A model generated the notes under the pieces. The model was not told where the DNA came from and did no database searches. It saw only the letters and a list, made by a program, of their open reading frames with translations. Below, piece by piece: positions 12,404 through 24,895 of a DNA stretch of 64,000 bases. The first letter of the stretch is position 1, and every line of letters begins with the position of its first letter. A program made the position numbers and the translations under genes. Origin of the DNA: Mobula hypostoma (taxonomy: Eukaryota); NCBI RefSeq assembly GCF_963921235.1, contig NC_086097.1, positions 150,786,001 to 150,850,000 on the forward strand, in the 5' to 3' direction.

Positions 12404-12732
12404 TGCAGAGCCAGACCCAGTGCCAGAGATCCGGCTGCTGCAGCTTCCAGCTATTCTGAAGATGTTCTCAGTAGAGGCTCACAAACCCAAAAGTACACCA
12501 CATTTTTATACCCTTAAGATCAATGGTGACAGTAGCTGACACAATACAATTTCAATAGTTACAATACTTAAATACTTTGGGGTGACAATGCTTCCTTTGA
12601 ATTACATATCCACAGTGACGGATGCCTCTGAATGTTCAAACACCTTCATGAACTTAGTTACTATGTTGCAAATTGCTGTTGATTACTGTCACTGTTTATG
12701 CAGGGCAATTAAGACAAACCAATTGTCTTAAT

Positions 12733-14364
12733 AACACCCAAAATGCTGGAGGAACTCAGCAGACCAGGCAGCATCTATGAAAAAGAGTATAGTCGACATT
12801 TCAGGCCGAAACCCTTCATCAGTACTGGAGAAAAAAAAAACGAGGAGTAACTTTTAAAAGGTGGGGGGAGGGGAGGAAGAAACACAAGATGATAGGTGAA
12901 ACTGGGAAGGGGATGGGTGAAGTAAAATGTTGGGAAATTGGTGAAAGAGATACAGGGCTGGAGAAGGGGGACTCTGATAGGAGAAGACAGAAGACCTTGG
13001 AAGAAAGAAAAGGAGGGAGGGGCGGGAGCACCAGAGAGACGTGATGGGCAGGTAAGGAGATAAGGTGAGAGGGAAATGGGAAAGGGAAATGGTGAAGCAG
13101 GGTGGGTTACTGAAAGTTTGAGAAATCGATGTTCATGCCATCAGGTTGGAGGCTACCCAGATGGAATATAAGGCATTGCTCCTCCAACCTGAGTGTGGCC
13201 TCATCGCAACAGTAGAGGAGGCCAGCGACTGACATGTCGGAATGGGAATAGGAAATGGAATTAAAATGGGTGGCAATGGAGAGATTCCAATTTTACTGCT
13301 GGGCGGAGCATAGGTGCTCAGCGAAGTGGTCTCCCAGTCTACGTCGGGTCTCACTGATATACAGGAGGCCACACTGGGAGCACCGGGCATAGTAGATAAC
13401 CCCAATAGAGTCACAGGTGAAGTGTCACCTCACCTGGAAGGACTGTTTGGGGCCCTGAATGGTAGTGAGGGAGGAGGTATAAGGGCAGGCATAGCACTTG
13501 CTCCGCTTGCAAGGATAAGTGGCAGAAGGTGAGATCAGTGGGTAGGACAAATGAACAAGGGAGTTGCCGAGGGGGCAATCCCTGTGGAAAGCAGAAAGGA
13601 AGGGGGGTGGTTGGAGAGGAAATATGTGCTTGGTGATGGGATCCCATTGGAGATGGCGGAAGTTAAGGAGAATTATGTGCTAGACACAGATGCGGAAGCT
13701 GGTGAAATGGTCAGTGAGGACAAGAATAACCCTCTACCTGGTGGGGTGGCGGGAGGATGGGGTGAGGGCAGCCAGTGATCACCCATTTAAACTACACTTC
13801 CCATTCCCATTCTGACATGAAAGTCCACAGCTTCCTCTTCTGTTGCGATAAGGCCACATTCTGGTTGGAGGATCAACACCTTATATAACTTCTGTTTAGC
13901 CTCCAATTTGATGGCGTGAACATCAATTTCTTGAACTTCCAGTAATCTTCCCCCCCACTCCATCATCACTCCCCATCCCCATTCCTCTCTCTCACCTTAT
14001 CTCCTTACCTGGCCATCATCTCCTTCTGGTGCTCCTCCCCCTTCCCTTTCTTCCATGGCCTTCTGTCCTCCATTATCAGATTCCCCCTTCTCCTGCCCTG
14101 TATCTTTCACCGATCAACTTCCCAGCTCTTTATTCACTCCTCCCCCACCCCCCACCGGTTTCACCTATCATCTTGTGTTTCTTCCTCCAACCCACACCCC
14201 CCCTCCCCACTCCTCTTATATTTTCTCCAGTCCTGATGAACGGTCTCGGCCCAAAACATCGACTGTACTCTTTTCCATAGATCCTGCCTGGCCTTCTGAG
14301 TTCCTCCAGCACTTTGTGTGTGTTGCTCAGATTTCCAGCATCAGCAGATTTTCTCTTGTTTCCC
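12733..14364. mobile_element. Neptune-type PLE insertion: inverted head-to-head pair of 3' ends inside one TSD
   Basis: Minus-strand arm ~12733-13770 carries GIY-YIG region remnants. Plus-strand arm ~13775-14364 carries the same 3' tail. An 11-bp direct repeat ATTGTCTTAAT flanks the pair at 12722-12732 and 14365-14375. Confidence 0.85.
12790..12827 (-). ncRNA. Minimal type I hammerhead ribozyme motif (core intact, stems imperfect)
   Basis: Minus strand reads CAGTA-CTGATGA-A-GGGT-TTCG-GCCT-GAAA-TG-TC-GACTA. Confidence 0.6.
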
Positions 14365-14519
14365 ATTGTCTTAATGTTTGCCTGATGTGTATGTAATCTC
14401 TTAGCCTGTGGCCCAATTTGCCTTCATTTTACTGCTTGCAATTTACAATTAGGAATGAAGCCTGGTTCTTGCTTGAATTAATACTTGCTTGCGGCAGTAC
14501 ACCAGTACAGACATATGCA

Positions 14520-14790
14520 CATTGCTTAACAGTACCAGCGAACCAGGTTCAATTCCTGCCTCTGTCTGTAAAGAGTTTGTATGTTCTCCTGTGACCACAC
14601 GGGTTTCCTCCCGGTGCTCCAGTTTCCTCCCACAGTCCAAAGACATACTGGTTGGTAGGTTAATTGGTCATTGAAAATTTTCCGGTGGTTAGGCTAGGAT
14701 TAAGTCGGAGGAATGTTAGGTGTTGTGGCTCAAAGAGCTGCAGGGGCCTATTCCATGCTGTATGTCAACAAATAAATAAATAAACAAACA
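14520..14790 (+). mobile_element. tRNA-derived V-SINE (HE1-like)
   Basis: B-box GGTTCAATTCC. V-domain-like core GAGTTTGTATGTTCTC...GGGTTTCCTCCCGGTGCTCCAGTTTCCTCCCACAGTCCAAAGAC. CR1-like 3' end and (TAAA)n tail. Confidence 0.8.
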
Positions 14791-14914
14791 AATTAAAAAA
14801 AATATTCACAGACGGTAAGTTCAGAATATTCCGTAACCCTTGTTAAGAGGTTGCTTCCCTTTCTACCGTGGCAGTGAAGCACCCAAGGCAATCAATTTTT
14901 TTCCCTTTGGATTT

Positions 14915-16920
14915 TTCTTTTTTAATTATTCATTTAGGGGATGTGGGCGTCCCCAGCTAAGCCAGCATTTATTGTCCATCCCTAGTTGCCCTTGAGAAGG
15001 TGGTGATGAACCACTGCAGTCCCTGAGGTGTAGGTACACCCACAGTGCTGATAGGGAGGGAATTCCATGACTCTGACCCAGCGACAATGAAGGAATGGTG
15101 ATATGTTTCTAAGTCAGGATGCTGAGTGACTTGGAGGGGGATTTCCAAGTGGTGGTGTTCCCAGGTATCTGCTGTTCTCATCCTTCTAGACAGTAGTGGT
15201 TGTGGGTCTGGAAGGTGCTGTCATAGGAACTTTGCTGTGTTGATGTAGTGTATCTTGTAGATAGTACGCACTGCTGCAACTGTTCGTTGATGGTAGAGGG
15301 ATTGGATGCTTCTGGAAGGGGTACCAATCAAGAGGGCTGCCTTGCACTTGACAGAGTTAAGCTTCTTGAGTGTTGATGGAACTGTACTCATCCAGGCAAG
15401 TGGCAAGTATTCCATTACACTCCTGACGTGATCCTTGCAGATGGTGGACAGGTTTTCAGGTTTTGGGGAGTCAGGAGGTGAGTTACACACCATAGGATTC
15501 CTAGTCTTTGACCTGCTCTAGTAGCAATGGTGTTTATATGGCTAGACCAGTTCAATTTCCTGTCAATGGTAACCTTCAGGATGTTGATAGTAGGGGATTC
15601 TGTCACCGAGTTTGGATATGGCCCAAGTGCGGAGTGAGAGACATTGTAGCAGGTCGATAGTTCAGACTTTAATGTGAACAGTGTTAAAGGGAAAAGAAAA
15701 CAATAAACGCTAGGCCAAACAAGGCTGTAAACTAAAACTCTCAAATGGAAAACGAAGCCTACACACTGGCTGAAAAGAACAACTAAGAATAAAATGAATA
15801 CCGCTAGTCTTCATAGTCAGTTGACACGACAATCCAATTTCTCAGGCAAGGCAGAATGCAAGCAGGCAGCGAAGCGTTGCTGTGTCCAAATTTCGACAAA
15901 TACTATGACGGAATGAATAGAGTTAAAGTCTATCACAATGAAATAATAATTAGCTGACACATGTATATTCACGAGCGCAATTGCCGTATCTGCTGCACTG
16001 CTGAATCCATGGTTGTGACAGATTCAGTGATAGTGATGCCAATGAATGTCAAGGGACGATGGTTAGAGCCTCCCTTGTTGGAGATGGTCATTGCCTGGCG
16101 CTTGCGTGGCTCGAATGTTATTTGTCACTTGTCAGCCCAAGCCTGGATTTTTGTCCAGGTTCTGGTGCATTTGGGTGTGAACTGCTTCACTATCTGAGGA
16201 GTCACGGATGGTGCAGAACATTGTGCAGTCATCTGTGAATATCCCCACTTCTGATCTTATGACGGAAGGAATGTCATTAATGAAGCAGCTGAAGATGGTT
16301 GGTCCTAGGCCGCTTCCCTGAGGGATTCCCGCAGTGATGTCCTGTGGATGAAATGATTGACTTCCAACCACCACAGCCATCTTCCTTTTTGTCAGGTCTG
16401 ATTCCAAGCAGCAGAGGGTTTTCCCCCTAATTCCCACTGGCTCCACCTTAACTAGGGCACCTTGACACCATACTCAGTTAAATAATGCTTTGATGTCGAG
16501 GGCTATCACTCTCAACTCACCTCTGGCGTTTAGCTCTTTGGTCCATGTTTGGACTAAGGAGGTGATGAGATCAGGAACTAAGTGGTCTTGATCGGGATCC
16601 ATACTGGGCATCCGTGAGCAGGTAATTGCCGAGTAGGTGCTGCAAGATAGCACTGTTGATGACCCCTTCCATTAGTTTGCTGATGATAGGAGTAGGCTGA
16701 CAGGGCGGTAATTGGCTGGGTTGGACTTGTCCAGTTTCTTGTGTATGGGAGATACCTGGGCAACCTTCCATATTGCCGGGTAGATACTGGTGTTGTAGGT
16801 ATAGTGGAAGAGCTTGGCTAGTTCTGGAGCACAAGTCTTGAGGACTATTGTCAGGATTTTGTCTGGGGCCATAGCCTATACAGTGCTTTCAGCCAGTTCT
16901 TGATATCACGTGGAGTGATG
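14915..16920 (-). mobile_element. Degenerate CR1/L2-group LINE (RT region and 3' tail), interrupted by a solo LTR
   Basis: RT fragments KKLDKSNPANYRPVSLL, PQGSGLGPTIFSCFINDI...FTDD, ESPTINILKVTIDRKLNW and VRSVMEY lie in different frames. An A-rich tail sits near 14915. Confidence 0.8.
15601..16020 (-). mobile_element. Solo LTR (420 bp)
   Basis: Termini TGTCAC...GTGACA give TG...CA with a 6-bp inverted end. A 5-bp TSD GATTC lies at 15596-15600 and 16021-16025. A minus-strand ATTAAA near 15668 suggests the orientation. The host LINE sequence resumes on both sides. Confidence 0.85.
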
Positions 16921-18974
16921 CACACTAGGATCTTTTCAAGATTGGAATAGAAATCCTTCCTAGTTTCATTTAAAAATTGGAGAATAAGCAAGTGAGCATC
17001 TTACCAATTTCCGCACAATTTCAATCTAATGTTACCAGAACAGAACTTTGGTGTAGCAAGAGAGAAACTGGACATAGAAAAGGAGAAAGGCGATTGAGGA
17101 GAAGATAAGAAAAGAGAATGGGTAGATCATAATACCCTATGAGCCTTCTTTGTTATTCATTAAGATGATAGATGAAGTTCTATCTCACTTTCCAGCACTA
17201 GGTACATATGTCTTGATTCTCTTAGTGTCTAGTAATTCATTGATCTCTGTCTTGAATGAATATAATAATTGAGACTCCACTGCTCTCATGGGTAGAGGAT
17301 TTATAAGGTTCTTCAACTTCTGAGTTTCTCTTTATTTCAGCCTTTAACAGCTTATGCCTTTCTCTAAAATTGCAACACTTGGTTCAAGGAATGATACTCC
17401 TTTAACAATTCTGAATATTTTGATGAGATTTTTCTGTATTCTCCTAACTCTAGAAAATATAAAGAAGGCCCTCACGTGGCAGACCTACCACCCCTGAATC
17501 CATCTACGGAATCTTCACTGTAATCTTTCTATGATAGTTATATCCTTTCTTAAGCAGGGACATTAAAGCTGTATATAATACTCCAGTTACAGAGTCTCCA
17601 AGGTATTATGCAATCACAATAAGATTTCCTCACTTATGTATTCAAATCCTCTCACAATGAAGTTCAACGTACCCTATGCATGTTGGCCTTCAAGCTCTCA
17701 ACACTTTAAAGAGAATAACTTCACATTCTGTACTGTATATCTACATTGTATTTTATCTGCCATGTTCTGAACTTGTTGCATGCTTTGTAAAGGCTGGAGA
17801 AAGTCAGAAATTGGGAATGCTGGGGAAACAACTGCTCTCTGTTTGTAGCTGAAAAGCCACAAATATGCCTCCTGCCACTCATCAGAGATGATGCACCGGT
17901 TAATATTGATGCTGCGTAGATGGGAGTACCAAAACGTTTCTCCACATTTTCTCAAAGTTCTGACCTCAGAAAGCAATCCTATAAAGTTCACGTATTCATC
18001 AAAGGACACCTCCATTTGTCAAGGAACGGATTTATATTACAGCACTGGGTGGGAATGGCAAAGTCCTCTTTTGCAATGAAGGCGTTGGAGGGAGAGCGTT
18101 CAGAGGAATCTACACAGGCTTTCAGAAGAACAGTATTACACAGAAGATGGTTTAGTTGTACAAAGGGCATTTTTGGGCAGAATGTTGCCAGGAAGCATGT
18201 TATTTCAATGCTTGCACTTTTAAGGGTGTTTCAAGGTGGCCAAACTCTTCCTCCAGGCGTGAGTCTAGGTGTTGCATTTATCAGAAAAGAAAGGTTCCTC
18301 ACTTTGTCACTTGAACTCTTGGACTTCTGTGATGCAGCTAAAATCAATAAAGCGACTCTTATGTAGCTTTTTTTTTCAAAAGAGGCAACAGACACAAGTA
18401 TTGAGGAAAGGTATCTCAGAGTGAAGCTGGCCGAGAGAAACATGTATGTCCTTGTACAGAGATATCACCAGCCCGCCAGGCTCTATAGCAAACCCAGCAG
18501 CACAGCAAGATGTCAGGAAACAGATTGATGTGTGTCAGGACATTGGCTGATAGCTGCAGGCAGGACCCTGTGCTTGGTTTCAATGATTTCTGATGATAAA
18601 ATAGTGTTAGTACTGGATGTTACAGCTGTAATTACAGGAAGGGCATATAGGAATACCACTGGTCGTGAGGAATGTTTGCTAACCCAAAACGTTGACTGTT
18701 TTCCTTTCCACAGATGTTGCTTGGACTGGCTGAGTTCTTACAACGTCTCTGTTTTTGTTTCTGATTCCAGCATTTGTAATTTACCCAGACCATTTATGGT
18801 GTTCAGCATCAGACAAGATGGAGAGAGAAATGCTTAAAGCATAGGAGAGCAATTGGCATTGAGACCAAAGAGTCAGATACAAAGAAATGAAGGGAGATAT
18901 ATGGAGAAAGGAAAATAGAGTTGTCGATAACATAGTTACGACATGACATTCCTATGGCTGAACAAAGTAAGGAC

Positions 18975-19310
18975 ATGGAGCCACACAGCATAGAAACAGA
19001 CCCTCTGACCCAACTTGTCCATGCTGACTGAGGCTCCCATCTAACCTACCTCCTTTTGCCTGCGTTTGGCCCACACCCCTCCAAACTTCTCATATGCATG
19101 TATCTGTCAAAGTTCTTTATTAAATATTGTAAATGCACCTGCCTTAACCATAACATCTAGCAGCTAATCCATATACTGTCTACTCTCTGAGTGTAAAAAA
19201 CTGCCCTTCATGTTCCTATTAAATACCTCCCCTTTCTCATTAGATGTATTCCTTCTGCTTTTTCACTCCTCAACCCTGGGAAAAAAAATCACTGCATGCA
19301 TACACCCTAT
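18975..19310 (-). repeat. Decayed CR1 3' tail fragment
   Basis: ACAGCATAGAAACAGACCCTCTGACCCAAC...CATGTATCTGTC...TAAATATTGTAAATGCACCTGCC resembles the CR1 3' end at 8890-9200. Confidence 0.6.
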
Positions 19311-19496
19311 ATGTGTTCCTCAAAGTCCTATATACTGTACTTGCCCAAGCATAGGAAATAGGGTGTGTGCTCATAATTTAGTACACTGTGGAGACAGATC
19401 CGGAACCAAGTAGTTACAATTTAAAAATAATGAAATATGGTATGATTCTTAGTATTTGGATGCTTTCAAGATCAGATATTAAAGGTCAAATTATAT

Positions 19497-21565
19497 AGAA
19501 ACATAGAAACATAGAAAATAGGTGCAGGAGTAGGCCATTCGGCCCTTCGAGCCTGCACCGCCATTTATTATGATCATGGCTGATCATCCAACTCAGAACC
19601 CCGCCCCAGCCTTCCCTCCATACCCCCTGACCCCCGTAGCCACAAGGGCCATATCTAACTCCCTCTTAAATATAGCCAATGAACTGGCCTCAACAGTTTC
19701 CTGTGGCAGAGAATTCCACAGATTCACCACTCTCTGTGTGAAGAAGTTTTTCCTAATCTCGGTCCTAAAAGGCTTCCCCTCTATCCTCAAACTGTGACCC
19801 CTCATTCTCGACTTCCCCAACATCGGGAACAACCTTCCTGCATCTAGCCTGTCCAATCCCTTTAGGATCTTATACGTTTCAATCAGATCCCCCCCTCAAT
19901 CTTCTAAATTCCAACGAGTACAAGCCCAGTTCATCCAGTCTTTCTTCATATGAAAGTCCTGCCATCCCAGGAATCAATCTGGTGAACCTTCTTTGTGCTC
20001 CCTCTATGGCAAAGATGTCTTTCCTCAGATTAGGGGACCAAAACTGCACACAATACTCCAGGTGTGGTCTCACCAAGGCCTTGTACAACTGCAGTAGTAC
20101 CTCCCTGCTCCTGTACTTGAATCCTCTCGCTATAAATGCCAGCATACCATTCGCCTTTTTCACCGCCTGCTGTACCTGCATGCCCACTTTCAATGACTGG
20201 TGTATAATGACACCCAGGTCTCGTTGCACCTCCCCTTTTCCTAATCGGCCACCATTCAGATAAAAATCTGTTTTCCTATTTTTGCCACCGAAGTGGGTAA
20301 CTTCACATTTATCCACATTAAATTGCATCTGCCATGAATTTGCCCACTCACCCAACCTATCCAAGTCACCCTGCATCCTTTTAGCATCCTCCTCACTGCT
20401 AACACTGCCATCCAGCTTCATGTCATCCGCAAACTTGGAGATGCTGCATTTAATTCCCTCATCCAAGTCATTAATATATATTGTAAACAACTGGGGTCCC
20501 AGCACTGAGCCTTGCGGTACCCCACTAGTCACCGCCGGCCATTCTGAAAAGGTCCCATTTATTCCCACTCTTTGCTTCCTGTCTGCTAACCAATTCTCCA
20601 CCCACACCAATACCTTACCCCCAATACCGTGTGCTTTAAGTTTGCACACTAATCTCCTGTGTGGGACCTTGTCAAAAGCCTTTTGAAAATCCAAATATAC
20701 CACATCCACTGGTTCTCCCCTATCCACTCTACTAGTTACATCCTCAAAAAATTCTATGAGATTCGTCAGACATGATTTTCCTTTCACAAATCCATGCTGA
20801 CTTTGTCCGATGATTTCACCGCTTTCCAAATGTGCTGTTATCACATCCTTGATAACTGACTCCAGCAGTTTCCCCACCACCGACGTTAGGCTAACTGGTC
20901 TATAATTCCCCGGTTTCTCTCTCCCTCCTTTTTTAAAAAGTGGGGTTACATTAGCCACCCTCCAATCCTCAGGAACTAGCCCAGAATCTAACGAGTTTTG
21001 AAAAATTATCACTAATGCATCCACTATTTCTTGGGCTACTTCCTTAAGCACTCTAGGATGCAGACCATCTGGCCCTGGGGATTTATCTGCCTTCAATCCC
21101 TTCAATTTACCTAACACCACTTCCCTACTAACATGTATTTCGCTCAGTTCCTCCATCTCACTGGACCCTCTGTCCCTTACTATTTCTGGAAGATTATTTA
21201 TGTCCTCCTTAGTGAAGACAGAACCAAAGTAATTATTCAATTGGTCTGCCATGTCCTTGCTCCCCATAATCAATTCACCTGTTTCTGTCTGCAGGGGACC
21301 TACATTTGTCTTTACCAGTCTTTTCCTTTTTACATATCTATAAAAGCTTTTACAGTCAGTTTTTATGTTCCCTGCCAGTTTTCTCTCATAATCTTTTTTC
21401 CCCTTCCTAATTAAGCCCTTTGTCCTCCTCTGCTGAACTCTGAATTTCTCCCAGTCCTCAGGTGAGCCACTTTCTCTGGCTAATTTGTATGCTTCTTCTT
21501 TGGAATTGATACTATCCCTAATTTCTCTTGTCAGCCACGGGTGCACTACCTTCCTTGATTTATTC
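19497..21565 (-). mobile_element. Young 5'-truncated CR1 LINE (RT region)
   Basis: (AGAAACAT)n tail at 19497. A 555-aa ORF 19879..21546 has KSPGPDG, YLDFQKAFD, PQGSVLGP and FADD. The C-terminus continues in 19593..19856 after a frameshift in a C7 run. Candidate 6-bp TSD TTATAT at 19491-19496 and 21566-21571. Confidence 0.92.
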
Positions 21566-22779
21566 TTATATGGTTCTTAATTATTTATTGCAATTTGTTC
21601 AATTGGTGTCTGGGGAGAACTTTTTTTTGAATTAATATTGGAACATGTTTATAATGATATGCCTGCTGCAATTCTCAGTTGACAAAAGGTGCTCATATTT
21701 CTGGAAGGGAAATTCCAACTTGTAACCTGACTTCACTGAAAAATACAATAATTCCTGCCCGATACTGTGACTCCAGGATGTAGTTTTATTAATTGTGAAC
21801 ACGACAGCGTTTCGAGGCTAAGAATGGAAACAGGAACAAGCTGATTAGTTCATGCAGTTCAGCGTGTTCTTCCACATTTCTATCATGGCTCCTGCTTCAA
21901 CGTAACTTGTAGCGTGTAACCTCCATCTGTACACAGTTCCACACAAAATGGCCAATCAGATGGGGAAGTATTTGTTAAAGGGTGTGTTGTTCCTTTCTGT
22001 TTTGAGATCGTTCCAGACAATCTTGGTGATTTCTGCAATCATTAGTGCATATCAGCTGGGACAGAGGCATTGCAATCAGTGTCTATATTTGTCAGCAATG
22101 TTTGCTATTGCAATACAACTTTCTTCATCTTCATTGACCTTATATCATCTAATAAATATTGACTGGAAAATCAGATGATTGTGCTTTCTGCTACTTGTGT
22201 ATTTCTTGTTTACAAAATTAGGAAAGTTATGTGTTAGAAGGCAAATGACCTCTTGCACATTAAAAAGCTGAAGGGATATTGTAAGTATCCCAGGTTTGAA
22301 TGTCTTTGCAATTCAGGTAACCTCATCTACCCAATAATTGGTTGTGATCATTTGAGAAGAGCTTCATTTAGAAGTAAATCCTGGCATAAAGGGAATCTCA
22401 GAACATGAGCAATGCTCTTCATTTCCTGACATAGGCGAAGAAAGTGCATGTATACTGGAGTATAGTATTAAGACAACAACCTTTCAATTAAAACAAAGAG
22501 CATGTAGGAGGGTAATTCTATTTACAGCTTCAGCCTTGTTCTGCATAATTACAGTTAGAACGCTCATGCACTGTAGTGAATTTTGGTAGTGTTCTCTCAT
22601 CATTTGATTGATGAGAAAACACGAATAAGGAGTAAGGAGAGATTAAAGGTCGGGCAGAGAGACAAGGGTGAACTTATTACTGAGGATTTCAGTGCGTGTG
22701 ATCAGAGTATCGTCACAGTACAAAAATATAAGTGTTTGGGGTGTCAGGTCCTGTTAGAGTTTTCCATTTTTAATCAGAG

Positions 22780-23460
22780 TGTATTGATTGTGGACTTCAG
22801 GAAGAGGAAGTCGAGGGAACACACACCAGTCCTCTTTGAGGGATCAGCAGTGGAAAGGGTAAGCAACTTCAAGTTACTAGGCGTCAGCATCTCAAAGGAC
22901 CTAACCTGGGCCCATCATGGAGAAGGCACGCCATCGGCTTTATTTCATCAGGAGTTTAAGGAGACTTGGTGTGTCACCAAAGACTCTCGCAAATTTCTGC
23001 AGATGTACCAGGGAGTACATTCTGACATTCACTGCCTGGATTGGAAGCTGCAATGCACAGTAGCAAAGGAGATTTTGCAGTCACAAACCCCCCCACCCCC
23101 CCACCATTGAGGACCTCTTCAATAGGCAGCTCATCAAGAAGGCAGGATCTGTCATTAATAACCCTCACCATCTGGGCTATGCCCTCCTCTCATTACTACC
23201 ATTAGGGAGGGGTTACATAGCCTGAAGATCCACACTCAATATTTTAGGAACAGCTTCTTCCCTTTTGCCATCAGATTTCTGAGCTATCCATGAGCACTAC
23301 CTCAGTATTCCTCTTCCGCAATATTTATTTATTTGTTTGTTTGTTTGTTTATTTATTTATTTATTTATTATAACTTATAGTATTTTTATATGTCTTGCAT
23401 TGCACTTCTGCTATAAAACAAACATTTTCAGTGATAATAAAACAAATTCTGAAATCATTC
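22780..23460 (+). mobile_element. Rex1/Babar LINE 3' fragment
   Basis: LIVDFRKRK...PVLFEGSAVERVSNFKLLGVSISKDLTW, followed by a 3' tail ending GATAATAAAACAAATTCTGA. Confidence 0.75.
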
Positions 23461-23479
23461 TCTGAGGTAACATAAATTC

Positions 23480-23880
23480 TCAAGGAGGGAAATGAACAGT
23501 TGATGTTTCAGGCCGAGACCTGACATCATGTCTGGAAAAAGAGGGCAGCAGCCATAATAAAAAGGTAGGGAGAGGGGCAGGAGAACAAGCTGGCAGGTGA
23601 TAGGTGTGTCCAGCTGAGTAGGAGAAGCTAGGTAGATGGGAAAGGGGCAATGAAAGGGAATGGTGTGAGAAGTTAGCAGGTGATAGGTGGAAGAGGAGAA
23701 GGGCAGAAAAAGGAACTTGATAAGAGAACAGTGGACCATGAAATAAAGGGATGGAGGTGGGAAATTTTGGAAGCTCATGAGGGCAGGAAAGAAGGCTGAG
23801 TGGGCCACAGGAATGAGGGAAAACAAAGTGGGGTTGAAGGGAAAACAGAGGTTCTAGAAGTTAGTGAAATCAATATAGGT
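23480..23880 (-). repeat. Decayed PLE 3' tail
   Basis: Purine-rich tail sequence with a decayed hammerhead-like motif at ~23495-23535. Confidence 0.6.
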
Positions 23881-23916
23881 TGGGTTGCTTATTAACATCT
23901 TCAGATTGGACAATTG

Positions 23917-24895
23917 CAATCACAAACAGGAGAGAATCTGCAGATGCTGGAAATCCAAGCAACACACACAAAATGCTGGAGGAACTCAGCAGGCCAGACA
24001 ACATCTATGGAAGAAAGTACAGTCGACATTTCAGACTGAGACCCTGAAGCAGGACCGGAGAAAATAAGCTGAGAGTAGATTTAAAAGGTGAAAGGAGGGA
24101 AAGAGAAGCACAAGGTGATAGGTGAAAGTGGCAGGGCGAGGGACGAAGTAAAAAGCTGGGACATTGATTGGTGTAAGAGATACAGGGCTGGAGAAGGAGG
24201 AATTGGATAGGTGAGGATGGAAGACCATGAAAGAAAGAAAAGGTGAGGAGCCATGGGAGATCCCATTTTTATTGGTCTCACCGAGATACTGGAGGCCTAC
24301 ACTCTGACTGCCAGAAAAAACGGGATCTCCCAGTGGCCACCCATTTCAATTCCACTTCACATTCCCATTCTGGTATGCCAATCCATGGCTTCCTCTACTG
24401 TCGCGATGAGGCCACACTCAGATTGGAGGAGCAGCACCTTATACTCCATCTGGGTAGCCTCCAACCTGAATGCGTGAGCATCGATTTCTTGAACTTCTGA
24501 TAATGAACCCGCCCCCCCCACCTTCTCCTTCACTAGTCCCCATCTCCTTTTCCTTCCTCACCTTATCTCCTTACCTGCCTATTACCTCCCTCTGGTGCTC
24601 CTCCCCCCCTTTTCTTTCTTCCATGGCCTTCTATCCCCACTTATCAGATTCCCCTTCTCCAAGCCTATATCTCTTTCACCAAGCAACTTCCCAGCTATTT
24701 ACTTCATTCCTCCCCCTCCCAGTTTCACCTATCACCCTTGTGTTTCTCTCTCCCCTCCTCTCACCTTTTAAATCTACTCCTCATCTTATTTTCTCCAGTC
24801 CTGCCAAAGGGTTTTGGCCTGAAACGTCAACTATACTTTTTTTCCATAGATGCTGCCTGGCCTGCTGAGTTCCTCCAGCATTTTGTGTGCGTTGC
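23917..24895. mobile_element. Second inverted head-to-head PLE pair inside one TSD
   Basis: Minus arm ~23917-24258 and plus arm ~24260-24895. An 11-bp direct repeat TTGGACAATTG lies at 23906-23916 and 24896-24906. Confidence 0.82.

Larger units (their letters stand above)
8873..12450 (-). mobile_element. CR1 LINE, 5'-truncated within ORF1
   Basis: 3' octamer tail (AGAACCAT)n at 8873. ORF2 EN+RT in pieces 11471..11878, 9872..11458 and 8951..9853. ORF1 esterase remnants at 11881..12403. Confidence 0.93.

Noticed and set aside
17698..18443. Cluster of 60-150 aa ORFs as host exons
   Set aside because: No recognisable domain, inconsistent frames on both strands, and no convincing splice structure.
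19879..19896. Programmed frameshift near the end of the CR1 ORF2
   Set aside because: An extra base in a C homopolymer is better explained by slippage or sequencing error.
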